Shown here in pieces: positions 41,935 through 55,097 of a DNA stretch of 64,000 nt. The DNA comes from the human T2T-CHM13v2.0 reference genome, Homo sapiens: assembly GCF_009914755.1 (NCBI RefSeq), contig NC_060939.1; one strand, written 5' to 3'. The notes below the pieces were generated by a model, which was given only the letters and a program-made list of their open reading frames with translations, was not told where the DNA came from and did no database searches. Both the position numbers and the translations under genes were made by a program. Each line of letters starts with the position of its first letter. The stretch's first letter is position 1.

Positions 41935-42964
41935 TGTTTAAAACAAGAAATGCACTGTGGGTTTATAACATGTGAAGTAGAATCTATAAAAACAACAGCA
42001 CAAACAATGACAGTGATGGTGAATGGAAACAATCTTAGATTTACACATTATATAGAAAGTACACTATTAATTCCAGATAGACTGGGATAAGTTGGGATAT
42101 GCATGATAACAGGGATATTTTTTAATTAACGCATTGAATATGGTTGAGCACATGCTGCATGTATAATACTGGATATGCCGCTGACAGAGAGACGAAAGAG
42201 ATGAGGGTCACAGTTCTGGGCCTCTAGGAGCTCAGCATGTCTTTGGAGGGAACCAACAAGGAAGATGGCACAGAACCACCTATTGAAGTTAAAGGGGCAG
42301 GTAGGAGCCCCAGGGGTGGCAGAGCAGGCACCCCATGAGAGCAGGGCATGAGGGTGTGGCTGAGCTTGACACGGCAGGACTTGACTACCCGTGAGAGTGC
42401 TGAGGAGACAATTACGTCTGCGGCGTGGGGCTGGGGTGAGCAGGCCACATAAAGATCGAGGACATGAGGTGGAGCTCACACCTCTCTGGAAGGTAGGTGT
42501 GGGGTTGAGGCTGGCCTTGACCCAAGGATCCAGTGATAGCCACTGGCTCCAAAGCTGCTGCAAACAGCTTTAGCCTCTCCACACAGGCAGCCAACCCGCT
42601 TCCTCCTGGTTCTCCCTCCAAGCCCACCTCTGGGTGAGGTGCTCTAACACAGCTCCCTCTCTGTGTGTGCTGGCACACAACAGGGAATTTCCCTGGGATG
42701 TCCCTGGAGCTGACCATAGAGCTCTTCCTTTTCATGTCTTTATTGTTAGTTGTCACTCAAGAGACTATAATGCATATCCTAACTTATCCCAGTCTATCTG
42801 GAATTAATAGTATACTATTTTCTGTATAATGTATAAATCTAAGATAGAGCGTTTCCATTCACCATGACTGTTACCATTCCTGCTGTTGTTTATATACATA
42901 TATATATATATTGCTTCATACGTTATAAACCCACAGTGCATTGCTATTATTCTTGTTTTAAACA
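41935..42964. repeat. Inverted repeat: arms ~41935-42104 and ~42770-42964, spacer ~665 bp
   Basis: Exact reverse-complement blocks 42063-42093/42781-42811 (31 bp) and 41949-41969/42922-42942 (21 bp), collinear between them. Confidence 0.93.
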
Positions 42965-43199
42965 CATGCCAAATTCTATCCCTACATTTTCCAGATCTGG
43001 AGGGAGCACCTTCACTTGCAGGACTCGGGAAACGTAGGGAAAGAGTTTGGCGATGAGTGTAGAGCTATCTAACGGTAATGCTGTATTTACTGTGCACCTC
43101 ATCTGGGAGGATCTTTATGCATGTTACTTCCACTGACTCCTCCCCGCAATCCATGATGCAGGTGTTACCTACCTGTGAGACCCCAGGGAGTCCTCTAAA

Positions 43200-43350
43200 C
43201 CAGCGCTTCTCACATTGTGACGTGGAGACAAATCCCCTGCGATCTTGTTATAATGCAAACCCTGACTCCGTAGGCCTGGGGTGGGGATTCTGCATTTCTA
43301 ACGGCTCCCAGAGGATGCCATGCTCAAAGTCTAGGGACTTGGGGGAGCAA
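43200..43350. mobile_element. MER5-like DNA transposon remnant
   Basis: cagcgcttctcaca...gtaggcctggggtgggg...tctgcatttctaac pattern. Confidence 0.6.
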
Positions 43351-43999
43351 GGCTCAAGCAACTCCAAAGGTGGGGTCCACCCCTCACTCAAAGCAACACA
43401 AATGGTTTTTATTCTCCCACTGAGAGTCTCAGCAAGAGGGAAGGAGGAGCTCAGCTATCCCCTGCAGACTTAGCCCAAGCCGATGGTTTCACACATGGTA
43501 TCTGACTTCATCCTCATAACAAAACTGGGGAGGCAGCTGCCTGGTGGTCATTTCACCCCACAGGTAAAGAAACCTTGGCTCAGAGAGGTTATGTAAGTTG
43601 TTCAAGGACACACAGACAGTGAGTGGTGGGAATGGAACTGGCACCCAGGTTGGCCCGATTCTACAGATCCTGGAGAGACGTCTCAGGGCTCTGCACCCAT
43701 CATCAAAGGCTCCAGGGAGAACTTATATATCTCAGTTTGCAAGAACTATCCACAAAGGAGCCAGGCCAGTTGACAGAGTCTCCTGATTTGTTCTGCAGAA
43801 CGCGCCCTTGGGGGTTAATTCTGCTATAAAATGAAAATCCAAGCCACCTTCAAGATTTCCACGGGAAAAGGCAGGCAGAGTCCTAATTAAGTAAAAGCTA
43901 AGGACCCTCTTTTCGAAACACAAGAAATTCCCCCAAGGACTGGTGATCCAGGGAACCGTGGCCCAACCTCCCTGCCTGGTACTGCTCATAAGTGGAGCC

Positions 44000-44140
44000 A
44001 AAGCGGCTGCAGCCACCCTCACCAAGGCTCGGTGGCAGAACGGCAGAAAGTGGCTGCAGCCACCCTCACCAAGGCTCGGTGGCAGAACGGCAGAAAGCGG
44101 CTGCAGGCACCCTCACCAAGGCTCAGTGGCAGGATGGCAG
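44000..44140. repeat. 47-bp minisatellite, 3 copies
   Basis: AAAG(C/T)GGCTGCAGCCACCCTCACCAAGGCTCGGTGGCAGAACGGCAG at 44000, 44047 and 44094 (third copy diverged). Confidence 0.95.
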
Positions 44141-45155
44141 TGCCCCCCCGGGAAGGTGGTTTCCCACTGCAGCCACCTGAGTGAGCAGGAGCACCTTCGG
44201 ACTGAGAAGCAGACAGGCCTCCTGGGTGAGGCCGCAGTCCCTGGAGGCCCTCTGGCACTCCTCTCTGCTGCCCCCACTTGCTCAGTTCCCGGGTCAGTGA
44301 CATGCACCTAGAGGGGCCTTCAGAGCACTTGGGTGACTGAGCTGTCACACTGCCGGGCTCCCGTGGGGAATAGGAAGACATTCAATACTTTACTCCAAAG
44401 CCTCATCCTAGCAAGGGCAGCTTGACTGAGCAGTGTGAGAAGCTAAATGGCAAGACCAGACGCACGCGGGGCGGGGGCGGCTGCTGCTCCGTAAAGGGAC
44501 CAAGAAGAGCTGATTCCCTGGTGAATGAGACGGGGGACAGCTGGATCCAGGGAGCACTTCACAGAACAGAGCAGGCATGAGGCTGCCATAAGGCACAGGT
44601 GGACAGAGCCAAGTGGAAAGACGGGGGAGGCGGGGATGGGAATGGTTCAAGCCCAGGCATCAATCGGGAAGACCAGATGTGTCTAAGGGGCACTATGAAA
44701 AATGTCCTCTAAGGTCAGAGCAGGGGCAGGAGAAGTGGGCCAGCAGGCTTGAGTGGGAGTCAGAACCCAGGGAAAGCTCTGGTCCCGGGTAAAAGCTGTC
44801 ACTCTGTCTGGGAAGTGACGGAGCCACTGAGGGCTATGGGCAGCGGGGAATCAACGCAGACTTCTAGGAGTCAGCAGCCAGGCCAGCAGGACCAGAGGAG
44901 AGAGGGTACCTTTCTGATGGGAACTGCAATGGCTTTTCAGGCAAAACAGTAAGCAGTTCCTCTGTCTTGAGGCCCCAATCCCTGTGGGTCAGCTGCCTGG
45001 GCCATGATACAGACGGCACTGCTGCGTCTGGCCCAGGGGTCTGCTGACATGGCCAAAGCCAAAAAACAGGAGGCTGCTGAGACCAGCGGACAGGGAGCTC
45101 CCAGCTGCCCCTGCCCCAGGCCCCTCGGCTCGCAGGCTGCCACGCCCGGCCTTAC

Positions 45156-45244
45156 CTCCTATTTTGGCATTGTACGCTATGCCCACGATGCAGTAGGAAT
45201 TGTTTGCTGAAGCAGCAACTTCTCCCGCACAACGAGTGCCGTGT
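45156..45244 (-). CDS. PCSK6: PCSK6 exon 6: (K)[29 protein letters not shown](G), with the catalytic His
   Basis: 89 nt, acceptor TTTCAG, donor GAG|GTAAGG, phase 2-1; HGTRCAGE motif. Confidence 0.98.
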
Positions 45245-47250
45245 CTGAAACAAAGGAAAAAACCAAGTGAGGACGCAGCCCAGCAAGTTTCAGTGAATTC
45301 AGTGCCTGGCTCAGTTCAATGCAACAAGAGAGTCAGTTGTCCGAAGCCCAGAGATGTCATTAAAGCCCATTTCCTGCATCCCCTCTCATCACCAACCCCA
45401 CTCTGGGAGAAGGCACCAAGTCAGCCTGGGTACAGCCCTTCCTGGCATCCTGAATGTGGCAAGTGCTCACGCATGGTCACCTCTTCCAGCATGCCTCCCC
45501 TGACCCCCATGTGGGAGGAAGGTGCCTGCCCCAGTGCCCGTGGTCCTATACCTTCCTCCTCCCAGCACGTGTAATTGGCACATGGCCACTGCTGTGTAGG
45601 GTGGGTGCTGCGCCACCTCGGCCTCGTGTCTCCTGTGGCTGGCAGCAGGGACACCTGCTGCCTGGCAGGATGAAAGAAGGAACAGTCTGGTGCTGATGTC
45701 ACCTGCCTCATCCCCTATGCACCTACAACACCATGCTTACCCTGAGGCAGCCCTTCCTGTGCTTCTAAGGCCATTTAAGCTGGAGCTGAGGAAGAACGCT
45801 CTAAATTAAACACTCAGCAGCTGGGAGACTATGAAGAAATGACCAGAAAAACAAATGCGTTTTCCTCAGTAATGACCCCATTCTCTGATGTGCCACGTCG
45901 GGTCAGTTCCTCCAGCGGGGGCCAAAATAGGAGCAACTTGAAATAGCACATCTTTGAGAAGAGTCCACAGAGGATGGGAATCATTGATTCAAATTTAAAG
46001 CTGCCTTTAAAAATCGCCCCAGGCAGCAGCCCTCTGGAAGAGAGTCATCTGTCCTTCCCTGGAAGCCACACAGCTTCAAGGCCAGGGCTGTTCCCGGGGT
46101 CACAGAGCTCAATGGATGGCTCGGGATGGGATTGAATCCTGCCCTTCAAGGGTCACTGCGTGGTATGTGGGTCATTCCTCCTTTGCCCCAGGCATCCTCA
46201 CTGGCAGCAGGAAGGGCACCTTGGGACGTGCATGAGGCTGGGCTGCTGCAGGCTCGCGGGAGCTCTGCAGCCTGCTGTGTGGAACTCCAGTGGCCGAGGC
46301 TTCCTGCACAGCATTGCCTGCGCACCCGTTTGTGAATCTCAGAATCAAAGCGACCACAAACTAAAAGACTATAATCGGGAGACGCCCCTCAGCAAGAGTC
46401 TTGTCAACAGTGGGGAGGAAGAAAAAGCTTTTATTATTTCCCTCTAAATATTTTTAGAGGAATGATAAGAGCTCAGGGTATGGGGCATGCTGATGGAGAA
46501 GGAAAGAGACAGCAAATGAATTCCCAGGACTGACCCCAGGGCTGCCGTTTACACTGCAAAGTCACCTGGGCTCTCCGGACCCCACTGCCTCCACTTGCAA
46601 AATGACAGTGACACAAAAACGCCCACCATTTCGGAAGAATCTGCTGGGTGCATTCCTCATGCATCATCTCACTGACCCCTCCTGTGACCCTGTGAGGTAG
46701 GGGACATCACTGGCCTGGACGAGCCTCTAAGACACTAAGACATGAAGTTTCAACCAGCTCACCCGGCATGCACGCAGCCAGTAAGTGGGAGAGCTGCGAT
46801 CTGAACCTGGGTCTATCCAGCATTACTCATGCCCCTTCCACCTCATTCCTAAGGTCACAGAGTCACAAAAGCTCAGGCACGTGACCTGTGTGCTCAAACA
46901 GACCAAACTGCTGTCTTCACACAGCAGGTCATGGAGGCGGTTAGACTTAAGGGTTTCTCTTTTAAAATATTTCAAGAAAGTTGGAAACAGGAACGATGTC
47001 TGTCAAACACCCATTTCTAGCTGCCCGGCAGCGGTGACACCCCAGAGGAACAGGCTGACTCCACAGAAGCTGGCCGTGCCTGAAGGGCTGTGCCTGGCAT
47101 GGCCTGTGACTCCTGGAGAAGCCTGCCTCGCGCCCAGGCAGGGAAGATACGCCGGCAGCCACCGCCTCTCCAGCTCCCTCGCACACACATTCAATAGTGA
47201 CGCTGCAGGGAGGGGAAGAGAAGCCGGGGAGATGAGGCGAGGTGACGTAC

Positions 47251-47327
47251 TTATTTTCATTGCTGGCATCATATCGTGGAGATGGGTCATAATCATTGCC
47301 GTTCACGTCGTAGCTGGCGTAGGAATC
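47251..47327 (-). CDS. PCSK6: PCSK6 exon 5: DSYASYDVNGNDYDPSPRYDASNEN(K)
   Basis: 77 nt, acceptor CTTAG, donor AA|GTACGT, phase 0-2; furin-like D-x-D-P-x-P segment. Confidence 0.96.
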
Positions 47328-47464
47328 CTAAGAAATGGAATCGTGGTGAGTGAGGAGAAATGGCATGTGACAGCTCTGTTTGAAATGGATTTTATGTTCC
47401 GTTGGCAAATAGAGAAACCACACGCGGGGCTCCTCTCTTACTATAGCTATAATCTCATATACGT

Positions 47465-47812
47465 TTTTATCGTGGTAAAATATATGTGACGGGAAATACA
47501 CGACCTTAACCATTCTCGAGTGTGCGGCTCAGTGGCATTAATTCACAGTGCTTGAGGCCATCGCTGCTACCCATCTCCAGAACCCTTTCAACCTGCAAAA
47601 CCCCACACCCACTCAACACTAACTCCCCACTCCCCTCTCCCAGGCCCTGGCAACCCCCACTCCACCTTTTTGTCTAAGAGTTTGGCTACTCCGAGTCACT
47701 CGTGTAAGTGGAATCAGGCAGTATTTGTCCTTTTGTGACTGGCTTATTTCACTTCGCATAACGTCCAAGGTTTATCCACGTTTCCACGTGGGTCAGGATT
47801 TCCTTCATTTTA
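47465..47812 (-). mobile_element. L1MB-like 3' end fragment
   Basis: gtggtaaaatata...ccatctccagaac...gtaagtggaatc...tgtgactggcttatttcactt. Confidence 0.75.
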
Positions 47813-48049
47813 TATTTTCAATAGGTATGCTTTTGTTTATATGACTGTAACAGCAGTATTCACATAATTTTACATTCTCCTTTTAAAATATATGATAAAA
47901 GGTTTCCAGTGTTGTTGACACGTAGTCTGCAAAATTCATTTCTAAGGGCTGCATAACGATCTGTCAGATGGATACAATATGGTTTACTTAATCACCGGTA
48001 GGTGCCCAAGTCCCTTAGAGTATTTCTTGCATCTATGATATTTACGATA

Positions 48050-48262
48050 TGCCAAGCTTGTGTCCTTACATTTAACTAATTTAGTCCTTACAATAACTCC
48101 GTGAGAGAGTCGTTCTCTTATGAACCATTTTACAGACGGTAAAATGTTTACAGATGAGGCACAGAGAAGTTAAGTAACTTACTCAAGATCTCAGAGCTAA
48201 TCATTTGCAGACCCAGGATAGGAACCCAGGCACTCTGGGCCTAGAGCCCGTGTTTTCACACT
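48050..48262 (-). mobile_element. MIR
   Basis: ccattttacaga...gaggcacagagaagttaagtaactt MIR core. Confidence 0.7.
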
Positions 48263-48583
48263 GTCACCCTGTCACTGTTCGTGTTGCTACTATCTGTACG
48301 CTGATGATCCCCCTCCATGCATTTCTTAGTTCTTTAGGCTCCATTCCTAAAAGTGTATGTGACTGTGCAAGCATGTGGATGAATCCCTCTGCAAAACCCT
48401 TGCCCCTGACAGTAGCAAGTAGCAGAATATTCATCTTCCTAATTCTTTCCAGCATAGTTTTCTTTACTGCCTAACTTAATGGGGGCTGGGGGAGATCGGG
48501 ACCTTACTGTTTTTAAACTTGCATTTACTTAATGACCAGCACAGTTGAATATATTTGCATGTCAGTTCCGAGGATTGACTTAC

Positions 48584-48727
48584 ATAATTTGGGGCCAGGT
48601 CAGGGTGATTTCTCTCTATGCCATCATCAAGGATGGTGACCACCACGTTTTTTCCTGTGTAGCCCCTCTTCCACGCTGCCTGGACATTCATTTCCGACCG
48701 GCAGCGACTGTTCTTGTCGCCACAATG
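48584..48727 (-). CDS. PCSK6: PCSK6 exon 4: HCGDKNSRCRSEMNVQAAWKRGYTGKNVVVTILDDGIERNHPDLAPNY, with the catalytic Asp
   Basis: 144 nt, acceptor TTACAG, donor TAT|GTAAGT, phase 0-0; subtilase ILDDG motif. Confidence 0.98.
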
Positions 48728-49253
48728 CTGTAAGCACGAAAGACACAAAGTCCCCCCGACATGGACATTCCAGATGCAGAACTGACACTCGGTGCACACC
48801 CCACAGGGAGGCGCTTAGGCTTGCAAGTAAAAAAGGAGGGAACACCTATCCCTGCCTTACATAGCAGAGCTCCTCTTTCCCACTCGGATCGAGAATCATG
48901 CAGACGGCTCCCTTGCTTTTTCTGCACCTGCAATCTATATTTTCCCAGGGCATCGCCTCCCAGCAGGAGCTCTGTCCATGGGCTGGGCTTTGCCATTTAG
49001 TCATACAGCCTGCATCAAATCACTTCCCTTCTCAAAGAGCCCCCATCCCAGAGTGTGCTGCACAAAGTTTCAGAAAAAATCCACAGGAAAGCCGGTACTG
49101 CACAGCCTTGCGGTAGTGGTTTTACACCCTCAAGGTGAAGTGTGTCTGTCTGGAGATGTTGTTTGAATTTAGCTTTGTTGAGGGAAATTAACCCATTTCA
49201 GAGACCTGGCAGTGCAAGTGTCCTGGGGCAGACAGAGGTCCTGTCCTACTCAC

Positions 49254-49364
49254 CAGGTACCACATGTTGGACCAAATGGGGTCGTTGAAGTAAAGGGCCT
49301 GCGGGTCACTTCGCACCTGTCTCTTCACCCTTCGTTTCACTTCCTGTTGCTGGAGCCATTTCAC
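49254..49364 (-). CDS. PCSK6: PCSK6 exon 3: VKWLQQQEVKRRVKR/QVRSDPQALYFNDPIWSNMWYL, containing the prodomain autocleavage site
   Basis: 111 nt, acceptor GGTAG, donor CTG|GTGAGT, phase 0-0; RxKR motif followed by the NDPxWxxxWYL start of the catalytic domain; not shown in the ORF track. Confidence 0.97.
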
Positions 49365-49616
49365 CTACCAGAAGAAATGCAATTACTGTTTATATTAGAA
49401 ATGATTTCTTGATTTTATGTAGCCTCTTTGCAGGTGCTACAGCCTTCCTTGTGCGTGAATATCTGTGTCATAGCAGATATTTTAGATGGTAAGTTCCTGG
49501 GGACATTTTCACTTCAAAGTGACTACATTTGAAAGATGAGAAGTTGTTTGTGTATACAGAGGAAGAAATAACACCACTCTGATAGATTTTGAAGTCGTTG
49601 TACTAAAAGAAAGAAA

Positions 49617-49970
49617 GTGCTCACGCCTGTCATCCCAGCACGTTGGGAGGCCGAGGCAGGAAGATCGCCTGAGCCCAGGAGTTTGAGACCAGCCTGGGCA
49701 ACATGGTGAAACCCCACCTCTCCAAAAAAAAAAAAAAAAAAATCTAGCTGGGCATGATGGCGCATGCCTGTAGTCCCAGCTCCTCAGGAGACTGAGGTGA
49801 AAGGATTGCTTGAGCCTGGGAAGTCAAGGCTGCAGTGAGCCATGATTGGTGCCACTGCACTCCAGTCTGGGCAACACAGCAAGACCCTGTCAAAAAAAAA
49901 AAAAGACAGAGAGAGAGAGAGACAGAAAGACAAGAAGGAAGGGAGGGAGAGAGGGAGAGAAGGAAGGAAG
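49617..49970 (+). mobile_element. AluJ-type SINE with a purine-rich (GA/GGAA) tail extension
   Basis: Dimer 49617-~49903 followed by an AG-rich simple repeat. Confidence 0.9.
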
Positions 49971-52507
49971 CCAGCCTTGTGAAATTGCCGATAAATTATC
50001 TGGTGATCCTTGTCCTGAAGAAAAAGGAAATACACACATGGGAAAGCAGTGAATGAAGAAAGTGTTTGGTTAACTGGTATTGGAATTTGCTTTACAGTAA
50101 GGACATAAGTAAATATGGTAAGCCATATATTGGAATATTTGGCAGCCACCAGCAATATGGTACCAAAACATGCACAGAGAAAAATCTAGAAAGGAATACA
50201 GCAAAATAGTAGTAGCATCAGTTCCTGGGTGGTGACATTATTGCTAATTTAAAATTTTACAATTACTTTCAGGATGTCATAAATGTCTTTCAATCAGCAT
50301 GATTTGTTTTCACGATCAAGGAAAAAAGTTCACAAGGCTGTATCACTGATATTTAAGACCAAGGATCAAGGCACCAGGCCACCTGCAATAAAACCCAGCC
50401 CCGTGCTCACCAGCTGTGTGACTTGGAGCTGACAGTGGACATCCATGGCCTCAGGGTGGTGTCCACCCACACAGTGGGGACAGTCATGGGTTGCCACAGG
50501 GTTAATATAAGAAACAACACATATAAAGCCCTCAGACCAGTGCCTGGAGCACTCCTGCTCTTATCATCCCGTGTACACATTCTTTTCAAGCTGGAAAAAC
50601 TTTTTCATTTTAAAAGGATCTTGGGGTAAAGACTTCTTGGACCCTGAGTGGGAATGTTTTCTTTGGTCTTACCACGGCAGCTCCACCTGATTGAATAATG
50701 CTCAAAGCTGGGGTTCAGCCTGGCTCTGGGGCCTGACATGGGTGGGATAAGGATGGGCGCCAGGGCCGTGCTCTCGAGGAGTCTGCACTACATTCAGGGG
50801 ATCCCACCAATCAGAGGATGATGTGAGTTCCAAACAGGGCAGGCTGCCTGGAGGAGGCAGCTAGAGGCAGGGGAGGAACAAGAGAAGGGGGCGGGGCCCC
50901 AAGGTGACCCAAGGCTGGCGACCCAGGGTCGTGCTGGAAGCTAGAACAGAGCTACCTGAGGCTGAGTGGGCAGGGAGTAACAGTCCCCAAGAGCAAAGGG
51001 ACAAGATTTCTCTTCCTCCTCCCTGAGCCTTGGCCTCCCCACATCACCCTGAGCAAGGAGAGCGGAGCACCTGCATACACAGCTCAAATTTAGGGCTGGG
51101 GATGGCCTCCAAGACATCCTTGGTGTACAGGGCAAAATGCCGGAAGAGAGGCATCCCAGCCTGTCCCACCCCGATGTAATTCGTCTATAAAACACCAGCA
51201 GACCAGACGCCTTAGAAACACTGCAAAGGGCTCAAAACCAGTTTCACGTCACACACTTAAAAAATCCTCAGCACCAAGTCCTAGATAATTTATAATGGCC
51301 GCTGACAGATACTTCCACAGAAAATAAAACTATAAAATGAGATATTTTGTTCCTAACACCGGCTGATGGCATTTTGCAATGTCCCCATATATTACTGCCT
51401 GAACTAGAAGGCTTTTTACCTGGTCTAAGATGCCGCAAACAATATTTCATAATCTGTTCAGCACGCTATTACAAAATACAGTGGTATGTAGATCCCGCAC
51501 AGCCCAAAGCTCCCAGGGATGTCCCGCCCTCCTGCCAGGCTGAGCCCTGTTTGTGCTAAGGGGCCCTGAACTCTCTGTTCTAACAACATCCAGCCCCTTC
51601 CAATTGCTGTGCCCACCAGACCACACTTCCAGTCAGAGGAGGAGGCACACTCTGCCCTTCCAAGCCCAAGTGGGTGACACCCCACTAATCAGCTGGGAGA
51701 TGTGGGAAAGCGTAGAGCCAGAAGTCATAAGAGGGTTCCTCAGCAGGATGGAAGAGCCTGGGCATCCCGGCCCTTGGTCCTTGCTGGGCTCTGGGCAAAA
51801 CCCCACAACACTGGCACACAGTTCTGAGGGGGACTGTGATAGCCTGCGGCCCGCAGCACAGTTTGGGGCTCTCTCTCTGTCGTGGTCGCAGGGGCAGCCC
51901 TCTCTCTGCTAACACACCTGCTCATTGTAAGTCTCTGACGGCAAGTGAGGTGCTCTCAGGCCAATGGAACCGAACACTGTACAACAGATGACTGACCAGG
52001 CGTGGGGGCTTCTCCGTGGAGACGGGATGCAGGCAGACAGCGCGGTGGCAGAGGCTGATTCTCCCGGCACTGTGTCCCTTCCTCTGGGTTCCAGTCACTC
52101 CCTTGCTTCTCACCCAGCTCCAGGACAGCACAAGGGGATCCCGGATCCCACCTCCTACCCACCACAAAGAGAAAGCCATTTTCCAGGTTCACCTTCCCCA
52201 GTGTCTCCGGAGAGCAGGCATCCTGGGGTCACTTATTCTGTGGCTCACTCAACAAAAATGCACTGAGTCTTCCTGTGTGTCTGGCGCTAGGTTCTGGGAA
52301 GATCAGCATGAACATACCTGGTTCCCGGCCAGGACCAAAGTGCCTCCCCCTCCCATCCCCAGCTGGGATGCAAAGCTCTGCCTTCAATGCCCCCTCGGGG
52401 TGAAACCAGGAGCCACCTGGACACTCTGTGGAGGTCAGAGGTGTGTCACCAGCCCCAAACCAAGCGACTAAAACTCCAGCCCTCCCATCGAATGGAAGCA
52501 ACCCTCA

Positions 52508-52610
52508 CAGGTTGCAGTGAGCAGAGATTGCACCATTGCACTCCAGCCTGGGTGACAGAGTGAGACTCTGTCTCAAAAAAAAAAAGAAAGAAAGAAAGAA
52601 AGAAAGAAAA
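52508..52610 (+). mobile_element. Alu 3' fragment with an (AAAG)n tail
   Basis: aggttgcagtgag...gagactctgtctcaaaa. Confidence 0.85.
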
Positions 52611-55097
52611 TGTGATTAGGTCTAAATGACTGCTAGATGACATCTGTTGACTTTTCTTGTGGAAAATCAACTATAAGTGATTTGGGGCAAAGGCAAGGTT
52701 TGCCAAATGCCACTTCTAGCCCAAACAGAAACCGTCTTTCTCTGCAAATCTGTAGAAAGTGCCAGGATTTCTTTAACGTCATACTTTGAAGATAGAACTT
52801 CACTCTGACCTTTTTATCCTTTTCTCTATTTTCCAAATGTATGTTTCCTGCTAAACATGCAGCACAGTTATAGATAAGCTACGCTCTGGGGCAGGGAGTT
52901 CTAATCATGAAGAAGGCTTCATCGTCTTCTCAAGACAGGTGCGCAGCAACACTTTCTTTTGTAGTGTGTGCTTCCTCCAGCTTCCTTCTCGAGAAGCCAA
53001 GTTAAAATGAGGCATCCGTTGACTGTCCCTCTGTTGATAAGACGAGGTAAAATCTAAGGATGTTCCTAAAGGGTAACATAAACAAGCAGAGACCCAGGAG
53101 GGGGCCCTGCCCGCGTTCCAGTAAATGGCTTGCCATGCTGCAGGCTGTCCATGCCACCGAGTTGTGATCCTTGTCCAAGCATCCTTTCAGCGAGCAGCCA
53201 TGGGCAGCCTTGGCCCTGTCTTCTTCCCTGTGGGCCACAGGTGGGCCAGAAGCTTGCTGACATATCATTCCCAGGTGTGACAAGCGACAGGGGAGGGTGT
53301 TTTGAAACTTTCACTCATGAGCCAGTGTCACCAAAGAGAGCATGAAATCCCTCCCACTTGCACGTCCACCCAAAGCCACCATGTCCTTCTGCCCTAACTT
53401 CAAGCCTGTGCCTATTCAGAGGGGCCCTGCTGTGGCTCAGGAAGGCCCCTAGAAGTTCTTGGGAGCTGGAGAGTCCTAAAAGGAGAGGGGCTTCAGTCTT
53501 TGCTCTGAGATGGAGGGAAGGCCACGAAGGGCATACACAGGCACCCTCCCCCAGCGGTCCAGGGGTCCCACACAGCATCAAGGGAGTCAAGCTGCTGAGG
53601 TTCTTTGAAGTACGCACCGGCAGGGCTGCGGACACCAGGTTCACACAGGTTCTGCACAGTTGTAGCCAACGCAAGGGAGACAGCTCGGCCAGCTCTTTCT
53701 TTTCTCTTTTCTCCCTGGTTTCATCAAAGCGAAGGTTACTTTATTCTGTAACTGTGAAAGAACAAGGGGACTGCAAGCCAGACCTGACTGTCCACCAGGG
53801 CATATCAAGGGAGGGAGTCGGAGGCCATACCTCGGCACCCAGGAGCCACCAAGCTCCAAAGCCTCCTCCAGGAGAGAACAATCAGGGCACCGTAGAAAAT
53901 AAGCCTGTTATTCTCTCTGTGTGGGAGGTGGGCACCCTGCCTGGGCCTCTCCCTCCACACTGTAAAGCAGGGGCTGGGACCGGTCCCTCTCTCAGAGCTT
54001 GTGCACTCAACAGTCTGTGGCGCTTAGATCTTGATTCCCATCAACCTTGACTGCTCTGAGCACCTCGCTGGGCCAACATCCAACCAGCTAAAGAGCTCAG
54101 TGAGAAAGCTGACTGGTGAATTTAAAGAAAGAAAAATCCCACTCCCCGACAAGTGCCCGTCACTGCATAATGTGCAACGTGGCCCTTCTCTCACTGACAG
54201 GCGACGATTCATGCAGCACACTGGAGCCATCTTGCCCTGGATCCCACAGTCCCTCAAGGAGTGGAAGGACAGGCTCGAGTCCCAGAAACCCCAGAACTGT
54301 ATGCAAAATGGTGCCGGCATGAGCATGATGTCTTTTTTCCTCTGGAGAGCGAGAGGCCCCACAACTTCCAACAGCTTTTCAAAGGGGCCTGTGATTCCCC
54401 CAAATGGCTAAGAACCACTGAACCAAGCTAGACAGAGGCAGAAAGCAGATCCAAGTTCTCCGAGTGAGGGATTGGTCCTGTGGCTGTCATCTTCCAGCAG
54501 GGCAAGAGGGCCATCGTGACAAGTGAGAGACGATTACATGGTTTCGTGAGAGCCCATCATGGCGAGATGCCCAGGCCCACCTCCGGCGCAGCACTGGCTC
54601 ACCTAGGGGTGGGGCCGGGAAACCCCAGGCTGCCATGGCAAACACACAGCGGGAACCCAGTGAGTAAGCCCGGGCAGTAGAGGAGGGGGAGGAGGAACCA
54701 GAAAATAAAGGACATTCTAACTCAGCCTAGAAAGCCACCCCCACCACCACCTCCCGTGTCATCCAGGCAGCTGCGAGCCCAGCTCCCTCCCCACTGCCTC
54801 CCCTGCAGCCATAACTGCAACAGCGTAGAGACCATTTCTTGAATTCTTTCCATTGAAGTTAAACTACAGGTGCCAGAAGACCCCTGCTTAACAGTCATGA
54901 GAGAGGGAAGTCCTCGCTCTGCCGATGACGGAAATGGGACAGTGCGTGTGAAAGCTCTTTGGGAAAGTAAAGCTACTCATTTGTAAGTTAGTTCTTATTT
55001 TGCTGAAAGGGGACAGAAGGTGCCCCTCTCCCCACCGCCCGCCACCCACCTCCACTCACTGACAACAGAAGAGGCAGCTGGAGCCCAGCTTCACCTA

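Noticed and set aside
44000-44140. CRISPR-like array interpretation of the short tandem repeats (also 3301 and 4907)
   Set aside because: Units are contiguous with no unique spacers, the context is eukaryotic and there are no cas genes
46785-47489. 234-aa plus-strand ORF
   Set aside because: Runs from a MIR across the antisense of exon 5; no recognisable domain; consistent with a chance ORF
53358-54411. 230-aa and 126-aa plus-strand ORFs
   Set aside because: No recognisable homology or splice context; expected by chance in GC-rich intron
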